Notes under the pieces: generated by a model
Seen by the model: the letters and a program-made list of their open reading frames with translations, nothing else
Told to the model about the DNA's origin: nothing
Databases searched by the model: none
In this document: positions 18,752 to 27,977 of the stretch, in pieces
How the letters are laid out: the number at the start of each line of letters is the position of its first letter
How positions within the stretch are numbered: position 1 is the stretch's first letter
Made by a program: the position numbers and the translations under genes
Source: an uncultured Parcubacteria group bacterium
Lineage (GTDB): Bacteria; Patescibacteriota; Patescibacteriia; UBA9934; CAMTUG01
Direction: 5' to 3'
Assembly (NCBI GenBank): GCA_947084965.1
Contig: CAMTUG010000003.1
Span: forward strand, 64,360-128,359
DNA: 64,000 bases

Positions 18752-21352
18752 CTATCCTTCCATCTCACCCCAGTTTTTACCGATCTTTACTTCGGCGATG
18801 ATTGGGACGTCGAAGGTGGCGGCGTGCTCCATGATCGATTTAATTTTCTGGCCCAGTGCTTCTGCATCCGTTTTTGGAACTTCGAAAACAAGTTCGTCGT
18901 GCACTTGTAACAGCATCTTTGCGTCGACCTGTTCTTTCTCCATCCATGCACCGATATCGACCATCGCCATTTTGATGAGGTCTGCCTGGGTCCCCTGGAT
19001 CGGCATATTAACCGCCATGCGCTCGGCTTGGGCGATCAACACCGGCACCCCTGAGTTGATTTCTGGAAAGTAGCGCTTGCGACCAAATAAGGTTTGCACA
19101 AATCCGTCGGTGTGTGCCTTGGTTTTGGTTTCATCGATGTAGTCTTTGATCGCGTGATGGATCTCGAAATACTTTTCAATGAACTGTTTCGCTTCTTGCA
19201 GAGTAAGCCCAGTCGACTTGGCCAAGTTGCGCGCGCCCATGCCGTAGAGAATCCCGAAGTTAACCGCCTTAGCCGCGCGGCGTTGATCTTTTGTCACCTG
19301 ATCTTCAGGCAGATCCCACACTTCGGCCGCGGTGCGCGTGTGAATGTCGGCTCCGTCTTTGAACGCTTGGAGGAACGGTTTGTCTTTGGCGAGCATGGCG
19401 GCGATGCGCAGTTCGATCTGCGAATAGTCGAGAGCCAAGAGGACGTTGCCTTTCTCGGCAATGAACGCTTTGCGGATGGCACGGCCCTGTTCGGTGCGGA
19501 TCGGAATGTTCTGCAAGTTTGGATTGGTCGAGGACAGGCGACCGGTTGAGGCGATCGTTTGATTGAACGTGGTGTGCAAACGGCCGTCGCGCGCCACTAA
19601 GCTCGGGAGCGCGTCGACATACGTCCCGATCAACTTCGCCAGCTCGCGGTATTCCGAAATCATCGGGACGATCGGATGTAAGTCTGTAATTTTTTCGAGT
19701 TCGTCCGCCGCGGTGGAGTAACCGGTCTTGGTGCGTTTGATGCCGATGTTCGGGATCTGCAGATCCTCGAAAAGGACTTCTGCAAGTTGCGACGGGGAAT
19801 TGACGTTGAATTCGCGACCCGCTTCTTTGATAATCTTTTTGGTGAGCTTCGTGAGATCAGCGTTCATTGTTTTAGAGAGCTCGCTGAGAAAGTCGGTGTC
19901 GAGTTTCACGCCGGCGACTTCCATGTCGTAGAGAATCGGCAGGAGCGGCATCTCGATCTCTTCCATGATTTTGGTGAGTTCTTCCTTGGCAAGCTCAGTG
20001 CCAAGTTTTTTGTGAAGCAACAAGAGCGCACCGACGTCGGTGCGTGACTGACCAAACGCTTGCTGGGTAATCATCGAAAGCTCGTATCCGCGCGCGGCTG
20101 GATTTAACAAGTACGCCGCGATCATCGTGTCAAACAGTTTTCCGGAGTGACGGACGTGCGAAGCAAAGTCCGTTACAGGCATCTTAAGCGCATGCATCAT
20201 CGCCTTTATGTCGTGGCCGATAATGAGTTTTGCTTTTGCTAGTTTCTGCTTGATCGCTTCGAGATCATCTGCTTTTGGAAGATCGATTGTGCATGTGGAT
20301 TCGCCGTCGGCGAGTGAAACGGAACGGAGCGTTGCTCCAAACAGATCCTCAGCTTGTGATTCAAGGACGATCGCGAGTTTGTCGGTGCCGAGATCTTTAA
20401 GAGCAACGTTCGAGATTGCTTCGCTCGAGGCCATACTGCGTCCTTCTTGTTCGCGTGGCGTCGGAGCGTCATCCAAGTCGTGTTCATATTTTTTCAGAAG
20501 CGTTCGGAACTCAAGCGCACGAAACTTTTTCACAAGCTTTGCTGGGTCGCGTGGTTTTACTTCTGCATCAAACTTTGGCAATTTCACGTCACGCACGATC
20601 GTCACCAACCGCTTCATTTGCATGGCGTGTTTTTTCTGCCCCGCTAGCTTTTTAAGGAGCGCTGGCTTCAACATCTCCGGATGTTTTTCAACGGCCTCAT
20701 AAATCCCTTCGATCGTTCCAAATTGGGCGATCAATTCTTTCGCACCTTTCTCACCGATCCCGGCAATGCCTGGAATATTATCCGATGAATCGCCAGCGAT
20801 CGCTTTGTAATCAATCAACTGCAACGGATCAAAGCCGTAGCGCTCACGAACAGCGGCCGGGTCATACGTTTTCGTTTCTGAAATTCCTTTTACAAAATAC
20901 AACCCGTGTGTCGTGTCATCGACCAACTGCAAGGCGTCCATGTCACCGGTGACAATCATCGTTTTGATCCCGTGCTTTTTATTCAGCTCCGCAATTGTGC
21001 CCAAGATGTCATCCGCCTCATAGCCCGGAACAGAAAGCGATGGAATGCCGTAGTCAGTCAAAATACTTTGGATGATCGGGATCTGATCGTAAAGTTCCTG
21101 TTCCTTTTTTACGCGCGTCGCTTTGTACGCTTCGAATTCGTCGTGGCGGAACGTTTTGCCTGGCAAATCCCAAGCGACCGCCATTTCATCTGGCTTCACC
21201 AAATCGAGCATGCGCTCGAGGATGTTGGTGAATCCATAGGCGGCGTTGATGACCGTGCCGTCGCTCGTAGTCATTGTCTGTGGAACGGCGTGCCAGGCGC
21301 GGTGCAACAACGCGTTGCCGTCCAGGATCAAGAATGTTTTTTGTTTGCTCAT
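18752..21352 (-). CDS. polA: DNA polymerase I
   Basis: 5'-3' exonuclease motifs (LDGNALLHRA, YEADD) and polymerase motifs (TGRLSSTNPNLQNIP, DYSQIELR, KAVNFGILYG, LQVHDEL). Confidence 0.98.
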   Translation of the reverse strand: MSKQKTFLILDGNALLHRAWHAVPQTMTTSDGTVINAAYGFTNILERMLDLVKPDEMAVAWDLPGKTFRHDEFEAYKATRVKKEQELYDQIPIIQSILTDYGIPSLSVPGYEADDILGTIAELNKKHGIKTMIVTGDMDALQLVDDTTHGLYFVKGISETKTYDPAAVRERYGFDPLQLIDYKAIAGDSSDNIPGIAGIGEKGAKELIAQFGTIEGIYEAVEKHPEMLKPALLKKLAGQKKHAMQMKRLVTIVRDVKLPKFDAEVKPRDPAKLVKKFRALEFRTLLKKYEHDLDDAPTPREQEGRSMASSEAISNVALKDLGTDKLAIVLESQAEDLFGATLRSVSLADGESTCTIDLPKADDLEAIKQKLAKAKLIIGHDIKAMMHALKMPVTDFASHVRHSGKLFDTMIAAYLLNPAARGYELSMITQQAFGQSRTDVGALLLLHKKLGTELAKEELTKIMEEIEMPLLPILYDMEVAGVKLDTDFLSELSKTMNADLTKLTKKIIKEAGREFNVNSPSQLAEVLFEDLQIPNIGIKRTKTGYSTAADELEKITDLHPIVPMISEYRELAKLIGTYVDALPSLVARDGRLHTTFNQTIASTGRLSSTNPNLQNIPIRTEQGRAIRKAFIAEKGNVLLALDYSQIELRIAAMLAKDKPFLQAFKDGADIHTRTAAEVWDLPEDQVTKDQRRAAKAVNFGILYGMGARNLAKSTGLTLQEAKQFIEKYFEIHHAIKDYIDETKTKAHTDGFVQTLFGRKRYFPEINSGVPVLIAQAERMAVNMPIQGTQADLIKMAMVDIGAWMEKEQVDAKMLLQVHDELVFEVPKTDAEALGQKIKSIMEHAATFDVPIIAEVKIGKNWGEMEG

Positions 21353-21429
21353 AACGAGCATATCTTAGCACAAATGGTTGACAAATGGCCGTTTTTGATA
21401 TACTTTGTTCGCTCACAACGGGAGGTGAG

Positions 21430-21828
21430 GTGATCGGGAATGTGTATCGTCTGATGCGGGCAGCGCTCGCGGAGGCGGCTGCGGGGGACCTCGTCGTGAT
21501 CGGGGAGTACGAACTTTTCTTGGCATACGTCCAGGAACAGGGGGGAACTGATCGTCCGTCGATCGAGCAAGCGATTCGTAGCTGGCGTCCGCGAAGGGCC
21601 CTGTCTCTCGCCGAGGACCTGTCCGAGGAGTTCGCTGACATCGCGGATCTTCTCGCTGAGGTCTGTGACGGGGTCGAGCTCGACGAAGTCGAGATCCCGG
21701 ATCCGCGACCGATCGCCTTCGGAGCTCTCTGGGCTCACTGGGTCGAACACCCCTTCCTGCCGTGCGCCCGACCGGTCGCGCTTCTGACCGATCGACGAGC
21801 ATCGCTCCTTCTCACCGGACCCCGCTAG
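21430..21828 (+). CDS. Hypothetical protein (GC-rich orphan)
   Basis: TTGACA promoter at 21378, GGAGG before the GTG, and a downstream hairpin. Confidence 0.6.
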   Translation: MIGNVYRLMRAALAEAAAGDLVVIGEYELFLAYVQEQGGTDRPSIEQAIRSWRPRRALSLAEDLSEEFADIADLLAEVCDGVELDEVEIPDPRPIAFGALWAHWVEHPFLPCARPVALLTDRRASLLLTGPR

Positions 21829-21838
21829 TCCCAGCTCT

Positions 21839-21918
21839 ACGCGCTCGCCATACACTCTGGCGAGCGTCGTTCGTTTTCAAACGAAGACCGGGCCCGCGAG
21901 TAGATGCGGTGCCCGGTC
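21839..21918. terminator. Two back-to-back ACT-loop hairpins ending convergent orphan genes
   Basis: Plus strand: CGCTCGCCA-TACACTC-TGGCGAGCG-TCGTTCGTTTT. Minus strand: GACCGGGC-A-CCGC-ATCTACTC-GCGG-GCCCGGTC-TTCGTTT. Confidence 0.65.
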
Positions 21919-21935
21919 GGAAGGAGGCGGAGGCG

Positions 21936-22244
21936 CTAGTTGGCAGCTGCCGCGGGGAGGAGTGTCGCGAGGTCGTGATTGACCCATCGGTCGTGAGGGG
22001 ACATCGTCGCGATGCGTCCCGCGGAGCACGTCGAGATGCCATGCACGTCGGTCCCGTGCGGGAGCTGGTCCGAGAGTTCGCTCATCGATGTGCCCTTCTT
22101 TGGCAGGGCGACGATTCGTACGAGCGTACTCGGGGATGATCCAACAGCGTGGATCTCCACACCGAGTGACGCCACGCGATTGACGACTTCTTGGAGGGGG
22201 ACACTGCCGCGGACGATGTAGATCAGGAGATAATACAGCTGCAC
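21936..22244 (-). CDS. Hypothetical protein (GC-rich orphan)
   Basis: 102 aa; fills the intergenic space and has its own downstream hairpin. Confidence 0.5.
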   Translation of the reverse strand: MQLYYLLIYIVRGSVPLQEVVNRVASLGVEIHAVGSSPSTLVRIVALPKKGTSMSELSDQLPHGTDVHGISTCSAGRIATMSPHDRWVNHDLATLLPAAAAN

Positions 22245-22435
22245 TGTGGGTTTTCTCGTTGGTGATGCGGTGGCCCAGCTGTTAAATTAGGATTAAACAG
22301 CTAGGGCATCGCGCGACCTGTTAGGCCGGGAAAAAGGGGACGGGCCACGAACCGTGAGTTCGTGGCCCGGTGGAGCCCCGCGGAAGGCGCGGGGGAGAAG
22401 CGAATCTCGAGCGGCGATCTACGCCGCGAGACTCG

Positions 22436-23272
22436 CTACATCGCGGCCTGCTGCTCGTAGCCGAGCTTGTTGCCGGCGATCGGCTTGTAGGTGAGCTCGG
22501 TCACGGGGCCGTCGGAGGTGTCGCGGGACTTGCCCATGACCAGCGTGTCGTCCTTGCCGGCGACCGGGCCGACGATCTGGAACTTCGCCTTCTTCTGGCT
22601 GAGGACCGCGAAGTTGCCGTTCCAGGCGACCTTGTAGCTGGTCTTGGGGCCCGAGACGTAGTAGACGTCCTCGTTGGCCGGGCGGGAGATGGTGGTCACC
22701 ACGTCGTCGAAGGTGCCGACCTGCTCGGCCTTGAACTCGGCGTCGTCCTTGAGCCAGGCGATGAGGTCGTCCTTCTTCATGAAGTGGGCGGCGTTCTTGG
22801 TGACGATCCGCAGCCCGTCCTTCCCGTCGTTGAGGTCCTGGATGTCCGCGAGCGGGATCTCCTTCATCTTCATGCCGGCGATGCCGACCTTGGCGACCTT
22901 GTCGGTGAGCGCCAGGCCGAAGCCGGTCGAGAAGTTGGGGGTGGAGGTGGAGGAGAGGAGCTTGCCGTCGAACTCGTCGCGCGCGACCGAGTCGTTGATC
23001 TTGGCGTCCGCGACGTAGCCGACGACCTTGGTGTTGGTGTCGAAGTCGATCGCGAAGACGTGGCCGATCTGGGCCTTGGTGTCGATGTCGAACTGCACGG
23101 CGACGGACGGCTTCACGTCGAGCTCGTCCTTGGCGTTGGGGGTCTGCTGGACCTGGAACTGGTAGGTCGGGTTCTCCAGGTCGAGGCTGAACCCGACGAT
23201 GTTGGCGCGGTTGATGGTGACGGCGGTGTCGCCGAGGGTGTCGATGTTGCCGGTGAGGATCAGGAGGTGCAC
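22436..23272 (-). CDS. Hypothetical protein with extreme G/C third-position codon bias
   Basis: 278 aa, with nearly all codons ending in C or G. Promoter TTGACG-17-TAGTAT at 23479-23451; three hairpins downstream. Confidence 0.85.
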   Translation of the reverse strand: MHLLILTGNIDTLGDTAVTINRANIVGFSLDLENPTYQFQVQQTPNAKDELDVKPSVAVQFDIDTKAQIGHVFAIDFDTNTKVVGYVADAKINDSVARDEFDGKLLSSTSTPNFSTGFGLALTDKVAKVGIAGMKMKEIPLADIQDLNDGKDGLRIVTKNAAHFMKKDDLIAWLKDDAEFKAEQVGTFDDVVTTISRPANEDVYYVSGPKTSYKVAWNGNFAVLSQKKAKFQIVGPVAGKDDTLVMGKSRDTSDGPVTELTYKPIAGNKLGYEQQAAM

Positions 23273-23579
23273 TGGACTTTCCGTGTGAGAATGTCGGATC
23301 GCGTCTGCGCCGACGTTGTTGTTGGGGATCGGGGGATTGGACCCCGAGCTACGGTCACTTGGGTCAACCGGAGCGCTGACCTGAACAGATTTCTGCTCAA
23401 TTCAGCGCTCAAATCGACCTAAGCCCATCAACCTCCTCAGACCGAGCGGAATACTACCCAAACGCTCGTAAGGCGTCAAGTCTTTGTTGGGTATAAGTTC
23501 GGTGTCTGTTAGATTGTCCACTGAAGTCTTACTCCCATTGGACTTGCCCAAATAAAAAGTGTTTTGGTAAACTATCACT

Positions 23580-24053
23580 ATGCCAAGTACAAAATGTGCA
23601 ATTTGTGCCAAGGAATTTTACGTTAAGCCCTACTTATTAGGACGCGGCTGGGGAATCTTCTGTTCAAAGGTTTGTCAGTTTAAAGGGCAGCATAAAGGGA
23701 AGGTGTTTAAATGCTCGTACTGTGACAAGGATGTCTATCGTCTTCCACGAGATATTAAAAAAACGCCAAGCGGGAATTTTTTCTGTGACAAGTCCTGTTT
23801 TGCAAAATTTAAGAATAAGCTTTGGTCATTTGGTGAAGAGCATTTTAATTGGCGGGGTGGTGAGAGTGTGTACCGTGAATTAATGCTACGAAATGACAAG
23901 AAAGCCCATGAATGTGAAAGATGTCATATTGACGATCTCCGTGTTCTCGTGGTACATCATATCGACCATAACAGGAAAAATAACGTACTATCCAACCTGA
24001 AATGGCTCTGCCGGAACTGTCACTACATTGAACACAACGGCAAAACATATTGA
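23580..24053 (+). CDS. HNH endonuclease with Zn-ribbon/treble-clef repeats
   Basis: CxxC pairs, FCS/FCD motifs and VHHIDHNRKNNVLSNLKWLCRNCH; AT-rich. Confidence 0.9.
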   Translation: MPSTKCAICAKEFYVKPYLLGRGWGIFCSKVCQFKGQHKGKVFKCSYCDKDVYRLPRDIKKTPSGNFFCDKSCFAKFKNKLWSFGEEHFNWRGGESVYRELMLRNDKKAHECERCHIDDLRVLVVHHIDHNRKNNVLSNLKWLCRNCHYIEHNGKTY

Positions 24054-24054
24054 T

Positions 24055-24130
24055 GGCGACTATGGTGTAATGGCTAGCACAGGGGATTGTGGATCCCCTG
24101 GACAGGGTTCGAATCCCTGTAGTCGCCCCA
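24055..24130 (+). tRNA. tRNA-His(GTG)
   Basis: G(-1)GCGACTA...GGGGA-TTGTGGA-TCCCC...GTTCGAATC...TAGTCGC-C-CCA. Confidence 0.95.
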
Positions 24131-24177
24131 CGAACGCATCTCCCTTTGGGAGGTGTTTTCGTTTATACTTCGGCTGT

Positions 24178-24675
24178 ATGGAAATGATGGACTACGTTGA
24201 TGAGAACGATCAGGTTGCGGGACAGGCGAGTAAGAAGGAGATCTACAAACGCCAGCTGACGCATCGTATCGTTCACGTCTGGATCTTTAATGATGCCGGA
24301 GAATTAGCGCTGCAAAGGCGCAGTGCGAGCTGTAATTTTTGCCCGTTGCATTGGGCGATGTCCGCGGCGGGACACGTCGATGCGGGGGAATCGTATGAAG
24401 TTGCGGCCCATCGGGAGTTAGTTGAAGAGATGGGTGTTGATCTGCCGCTGACGTTTGTTGGAAAGGAGATCTTTGCCGATCCGCGTGGGATGAAAAAGTT
24501 CATTGGGATTTTTCGCACCACGTTTAACGGGGAGTTTGTAACGAATCCGGATGAAGTTGATCGTGTTGAGTGGGTTGCACGTGCAGAGTTGGCCCGACGC
24601 ATCGATGCGGGAGAGCCGTGCCACCCACAACTTACCTTAATGTTCCAGAAATATTTTGCAAACGAAAAATCCTGA
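24178..24675 (+). CDS. Nudix hydrolase, IPP-isomerase-like
   Basis: HRIVHVWIFN, LQRRS and GHVDAGESYEVAAHRELVEEMG. Confidence 0.85.
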   Translation: MEMMDYVDENDQVAGQASKKEIYKRQLTHRIVHVWIFNDAGELALQRRSASCNFCPLHWAMSAAGHVDAGESYEVAAHRELVEEMGVDLPLTFVGKEIFADPRGMKKFIGIFRTTFNGEFVTNPDEVDRVEWVARAELARRIDAGEPCHPQLTLMFQKYFANEKS

Positions 24676-24695
24676 GCAAATGACTCAGGATTTTT
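24665..24695. terminator. Bidirectional intrinsic terminator
   Basis: AAAAATCCTGAG-CAAATGA-CTCAGGATTTTT between convergent genes. Confidence 0.75.
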
Positions 24696-24696
24696 C

Positions 24697-24773
24697 TGGT
24701 GCCTCGGGAGGGACTCGAACCCCCAACCTAATGGTTAGAACCCACTTGCTCTATCCAGTTGAGCTACCGAGGC
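24697..24773 (-). tRNA. tRNA-Arg(TCT)
   Basis: GCCTCGGTAGCTCAACTGGATAGAGC...AGTGG-GTTCTAA-CCATT...GTTCGAGTC...CCGAGGCACCA. Confidence 0.92.
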
Positions 24774-24952
24774 TTGGAGATCATCCAAAACTTGCGAGCT
24801 GTTGGCTTGCGGGGCCCCGCCACTTCGTCGACGTACATTTTGAGTACGTCTCCGAAGATGGCCGCCCCGCGCACCAACATCTCATCAAGTTTTGAACGAT
24901 CTCTGGAGCAAAGGAGCGTACAGGAAAAGTAAATCTGCTACAATAGTGCCAT

Positions 24953-25792
24953 ATGAGGAGGAAGACGTCGAAGGAGGCGGCGCGTGCAGAGAACTTTTGG
25001 CCGGTATTTTTGGTTTGGACGTTGCCGTGGGCGGTCGGAATTCCGCTCGCCGCGCATCTTGGGCAGTTTTTACCGGCGACACCACCGGCATCTCCTGAGG
25101 AAGCGACATCAGCCGCGATACAGTTTGTGTTAACGCTCGCAGTTTTTATCGCCCTCATTCGATTGTTCGGTACGCGACTGCTCGTCATTGGATCGATCAT
25201 CACGGTCGGTGTTGGAACAATGGTTTTCTTCAATGCTGTCGTCGGGATTGATGCGGTCAGTAGTTTTCTTGCGGCCGTCCTTCTTGTCGTTTTTGCACAG
25301 ACGATACGTGCGCTGTGGTACCACAACGGCCTGATTGTCCTCGGCTTGCTCGGTCTTGGGCTGGCGCTCGGGAGCATGTTCTCAGCGGAGGTTTTTCTTG
25401 GGTTGCTCGTCATCCTCTCGATCTATGATCTGATCGCTGTGCGTTCTGGGTTTATTCCAAACCTCGTTCACGACATGGCGAAGAAGCACGAACCGATCTA
25501 CGTTTTACTGTTGATCCCACAAACGTGGCCTGAATGGATTTCACTCAACAAAAAATCACGCCTACGGGTGATCGGGACGGGCGATATTTTTGCTCCGCTG
25601 CTGTTGCTGGCTGCCCTTGCTGGGAGTGGTCAGGTCACGGCCGCCTGGATCTGTTTTTTCGGCGCCGTTTTCGGCGTCATCGGCAATATTGCCTTGATCC
25701 ATTCCGAACATTTCAAGCGCGGGATCCCCGCACTCCCGTTAGTAACGATTGGCGTGTTGATCGCTTACGTACTTGCCGCGCTGCTTCACTAG
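24953..25792 (+). CDS. Presenilin/signal-peptide-peptidase-family intramembrane aspartyl protease
   Basis: Polytopic membrane protein with YD (SIYDLIAV), GxGD (IGTGDI) and PAL (IPALP) motifs. Confidence 0.85.
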   Translation: MRRKTSKEAARAENFWPVFLVWTLPWAVGIPLAAHLGQFLPATPPASPEEATSAAIQFVLTLAVFIALIRLFGTRLLVIGSIITVGVGTMVFFNAVVGIDAVSSFLAAVLLVVFAQTIRALWYHNGLIVLGLLGLGLALGSMFSAEVFLGLLVILSIYDLIAVRSGFIPNLVHDMAKKHEPIYVLLLIPQTWPEWISLNKKSRLRVIGTGDIFAPLLLLAALAGSGQVTAAWICFFGAVFGVIGNIALIHSEHFKRGIPALPLVTIGVLIAYVLAALLH

Positions 25793-26961
25793 ATTTTTTG
25801 TGTTTGGTACAGGCGAATGAGTGGCACGATCGCGCACAGGATAATCAGCATACCGAGCACAGCATAAAGTTGCGGCAGGGGTAGATGCAAGGAACCGAAG
25901 AGGAGAGCGGATCCGATCCCGACCGCCGACGTGGCGAAGTTGGCAACGGAGATCGTTGTTGCTCGCGACAACGATGGGATCGCTTTGTTCAGCGAATCGT
26001 TAAAGAACACTTCGAGCAATCCGTAAATGGCACTGGCGATCAAAACGACGGCACCGTAGAGCCAGAATGATGAAATAAACGGGGTCAAAAAGGCATACGC
26101 CGCGAGCATCACGGTGCAGACCGTCATGATCCGGACCGCTCCGAACGTAGCCAGACGATGGGCGTACGAATTTAAGATCATCGAAACAACACGCTTTATG
26201 GCGTATACAGCGCCAATAAAAATGGTTGTCGCACCGAGATGATCGAAGATAAGCTGCTGGAAGTCGTTGGTGCCAGAAATCGAGCCGATCAACAAGGCGT
26301 TCATAACAACGAGCCAGAACACAAACGCCACGGACCAGATCGACTTTAAGGCACGCGGGAAGTGACGCAAGAGCTGCATGAAGCCTTCCTCCTGCGTAAC
26401 GGAGATGCTTTTTGGTGGTGAGGGAAATCCGTTGATGCAGATGGCTGCAGCGATAAATTGAGCGGCGCAAATGAGAAAGGGAAGCGATGGAGAAAGGGCA
26501 TAACTCGCGCCACCGATAAAGACTGCGACGAGATTGAGCAGGCGGCTCATGGACTTGCCCTCACCCCAGAGCTTCAAGTGATCGGTTTCACGGCCGATCG
26601 ACTTTATGTATTCAAAGAAGAGCGCTTCGCCGGTGCCGGTTAGTAACGTACCAGCGAGGAAATAGAGTACGGTGCCGGCCATGATCCACGGAAGTGTACC
26701 GGGTAAAAAGAGCAAGGCAGCGAGGGCCTGGCCGAGGAGCGAAATAACGAGTGCTCGGCGGTGACCGATCGTGTCCGCGATGGCCCCGCTCGGAATTTCA
26801 AAAATTAATGAAACAACTTTTCCAGCGACGGTCACGAGAGCGATCTGCCCGAGATCAAGGCCCTGATCGGCCATGAAGATGACGAGGATCGGCAGAAAGA
26901 CGCGCGAGAGCAGGCCGCGGAAGATGAAATAGCGGCGAATAGCAGGGTTCCAACTAGCCAT
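25789..26961 (-). CDS. MFS transporter
   Basis: About 12 TM segments and motif A FEIPSGAIADTIGHRRAL. Confidence 0.88.
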   Translation of the reverse strand: MASWNPAIRRYFIFRGLLSRVFLPILVIFMADQGLDLGQIALVTVAGKVVSLIFEIPSGAIADTIGHRRALVISLLGQALAALLFLPGTLPWIMAGTVLYFLAGTLLTGTGEALFFEYIKSIGRETDHLKLWGEGKSMSRLLNLVAVFIGGASYALSPSLPFLICAAQFIAAAICINGFPSPPKSISVTQEEGFMQLLRHFPRALKSIWSVAFVFWLVVMNALLIGSISGTNDFQQLIFDHLGATTIFIGAVYAIKRVVSMILNSYAHRLATFGAVRIMTVCTVMLAAYAFLTPFISSFWLYGAVVLIASAIYGLLEVFFNDSLNKAIPSLSRATTISVANFATSAVGIGSALLFGSLHLPLPQLYAVLGMLIILCAIVPLIRLYQTQKI

Positions 26962-26963
26962 AA

Positions 26964-27881
26964 TTACGCCGCTGAGCCGTGGAACTTTTTGTGCACGTCG
27001 CGGAGTGTTTTGTCGGTGATGTGGGTGTAGACCTGAGTAGTGGTGATCGAAGAGTGTCCGAGCATCGACTGCACAGCGCGGATGTCGGCGCCGTTGCGCA
27101 GCAAGTCGGTGGCGAAGGTGTGACGGAGTGTGTGCGGAGTGATCGTTTTGGTGATTCCGGCGGCCACGGCGCAGCGTTCAATCATCCGTTGCACAGAACG
27201 TGGGGAGAGCGGGCTTGTGGAATTACGCCCCTTTTTGGCGCGATCATGCGACACAAACAGGTACGGGGAGATGTCCATCCGTTTTTCAAGATAGGATTTG
27301 ACGTGTTTGCGCGCCTCATCCGAAAGAAAGACGATGCGTGTTTTGCCGCCCTTGCCGCGAATCGTAAATTCATCGCGCTCCAGGTTAATATTTTCGATCT
27401 TGAGGTTGGTGAGTTCGGAGACGCGGAGGCCGGCGGAGAAGAGCAGTTCAATAATCGCTCGATCACGCAGACCGACGATCCCGGGCTTGGCGCAAGCTTG
27501 GCCGATTATGCGTTTTAATTCTTCTGCCTCGAGGAACTCGACCTGTCGTGATGGTTGCTTGGCGAGCTCGATCTTTTCTGGAGCTAAGCAGTCCATGTCG
27601 CGTTTGGCGCAATACTTCAAAAAAGATCGCAAAGCGATCAGGTGGTAGTTTTGGGTGTTCGCCTTGACCATTCCGTCCTGTCGTCCGATGACGTTGCGAT
27701 TCAGCCACAAGCGAAATTGTCGGACTTTGTCTGCAGTCACTTCGCTCAGTGTTTTGCATTGCGACCACTCCGTAAAACGTTGGAGATAAAACTTATAGTT
27801 GTCGATCGTTTTCAACGAGCGCCCCTTTTCAACCTCCAAATGTTCTAAAAACTCCCTCACCAATGTATCGAGCTGTGTCAT
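26964..27881 (-). CDS. XerC/XerD-like tyrosine recombinase
   Basis: SAM-like N-terminus; catalytic GLRVSE, GKGGKTR, HTLRH, LGH and TQVY. Confidence 0.92.
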   Translation of the reverse strand: MTQLDTLVREFLEHLEVEKGRSLKTIDNYKFYLQRFTEWSQCKTLSEVTADKVRQFRLWLNRNVIGRQDGMVKANTQNYHLIALRSFLKYCAKRDMDCLAPEKIELAKQPSRQVEFLEAEELKRIIGQACAKPGIVGLRDRAIIELLFSAGLRVSELTNLKIENINLERDEFTIRGKGGKTRIVFLSDEARKHVKSYLEKRMDISPYLFVSHDRAKKGRNSTSPLSPRSVQRMIERCAVAAGITKTITPHTLRHTFATDLLRNGADIRAVQSMLGHSSITTTQVYTHITDKTLRDVHKKFHGSAA

Positions 27882-27977
27882 ACGCTCGATATTTTACGAT
27901 ACAACCACCGAATGCACTAGCAGTGTTATCCACGCGAGATTACTTGCATCCCTGTGTCTATGGGATATTCATGAGTA

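Noticed and set aside
26964-27881. Prophage or island integrase
   Set aside because: Its size and motifs fit a housekeeping XerC/D. It has no arm-binding domain, and no att duplication or phage genes are adjacent.
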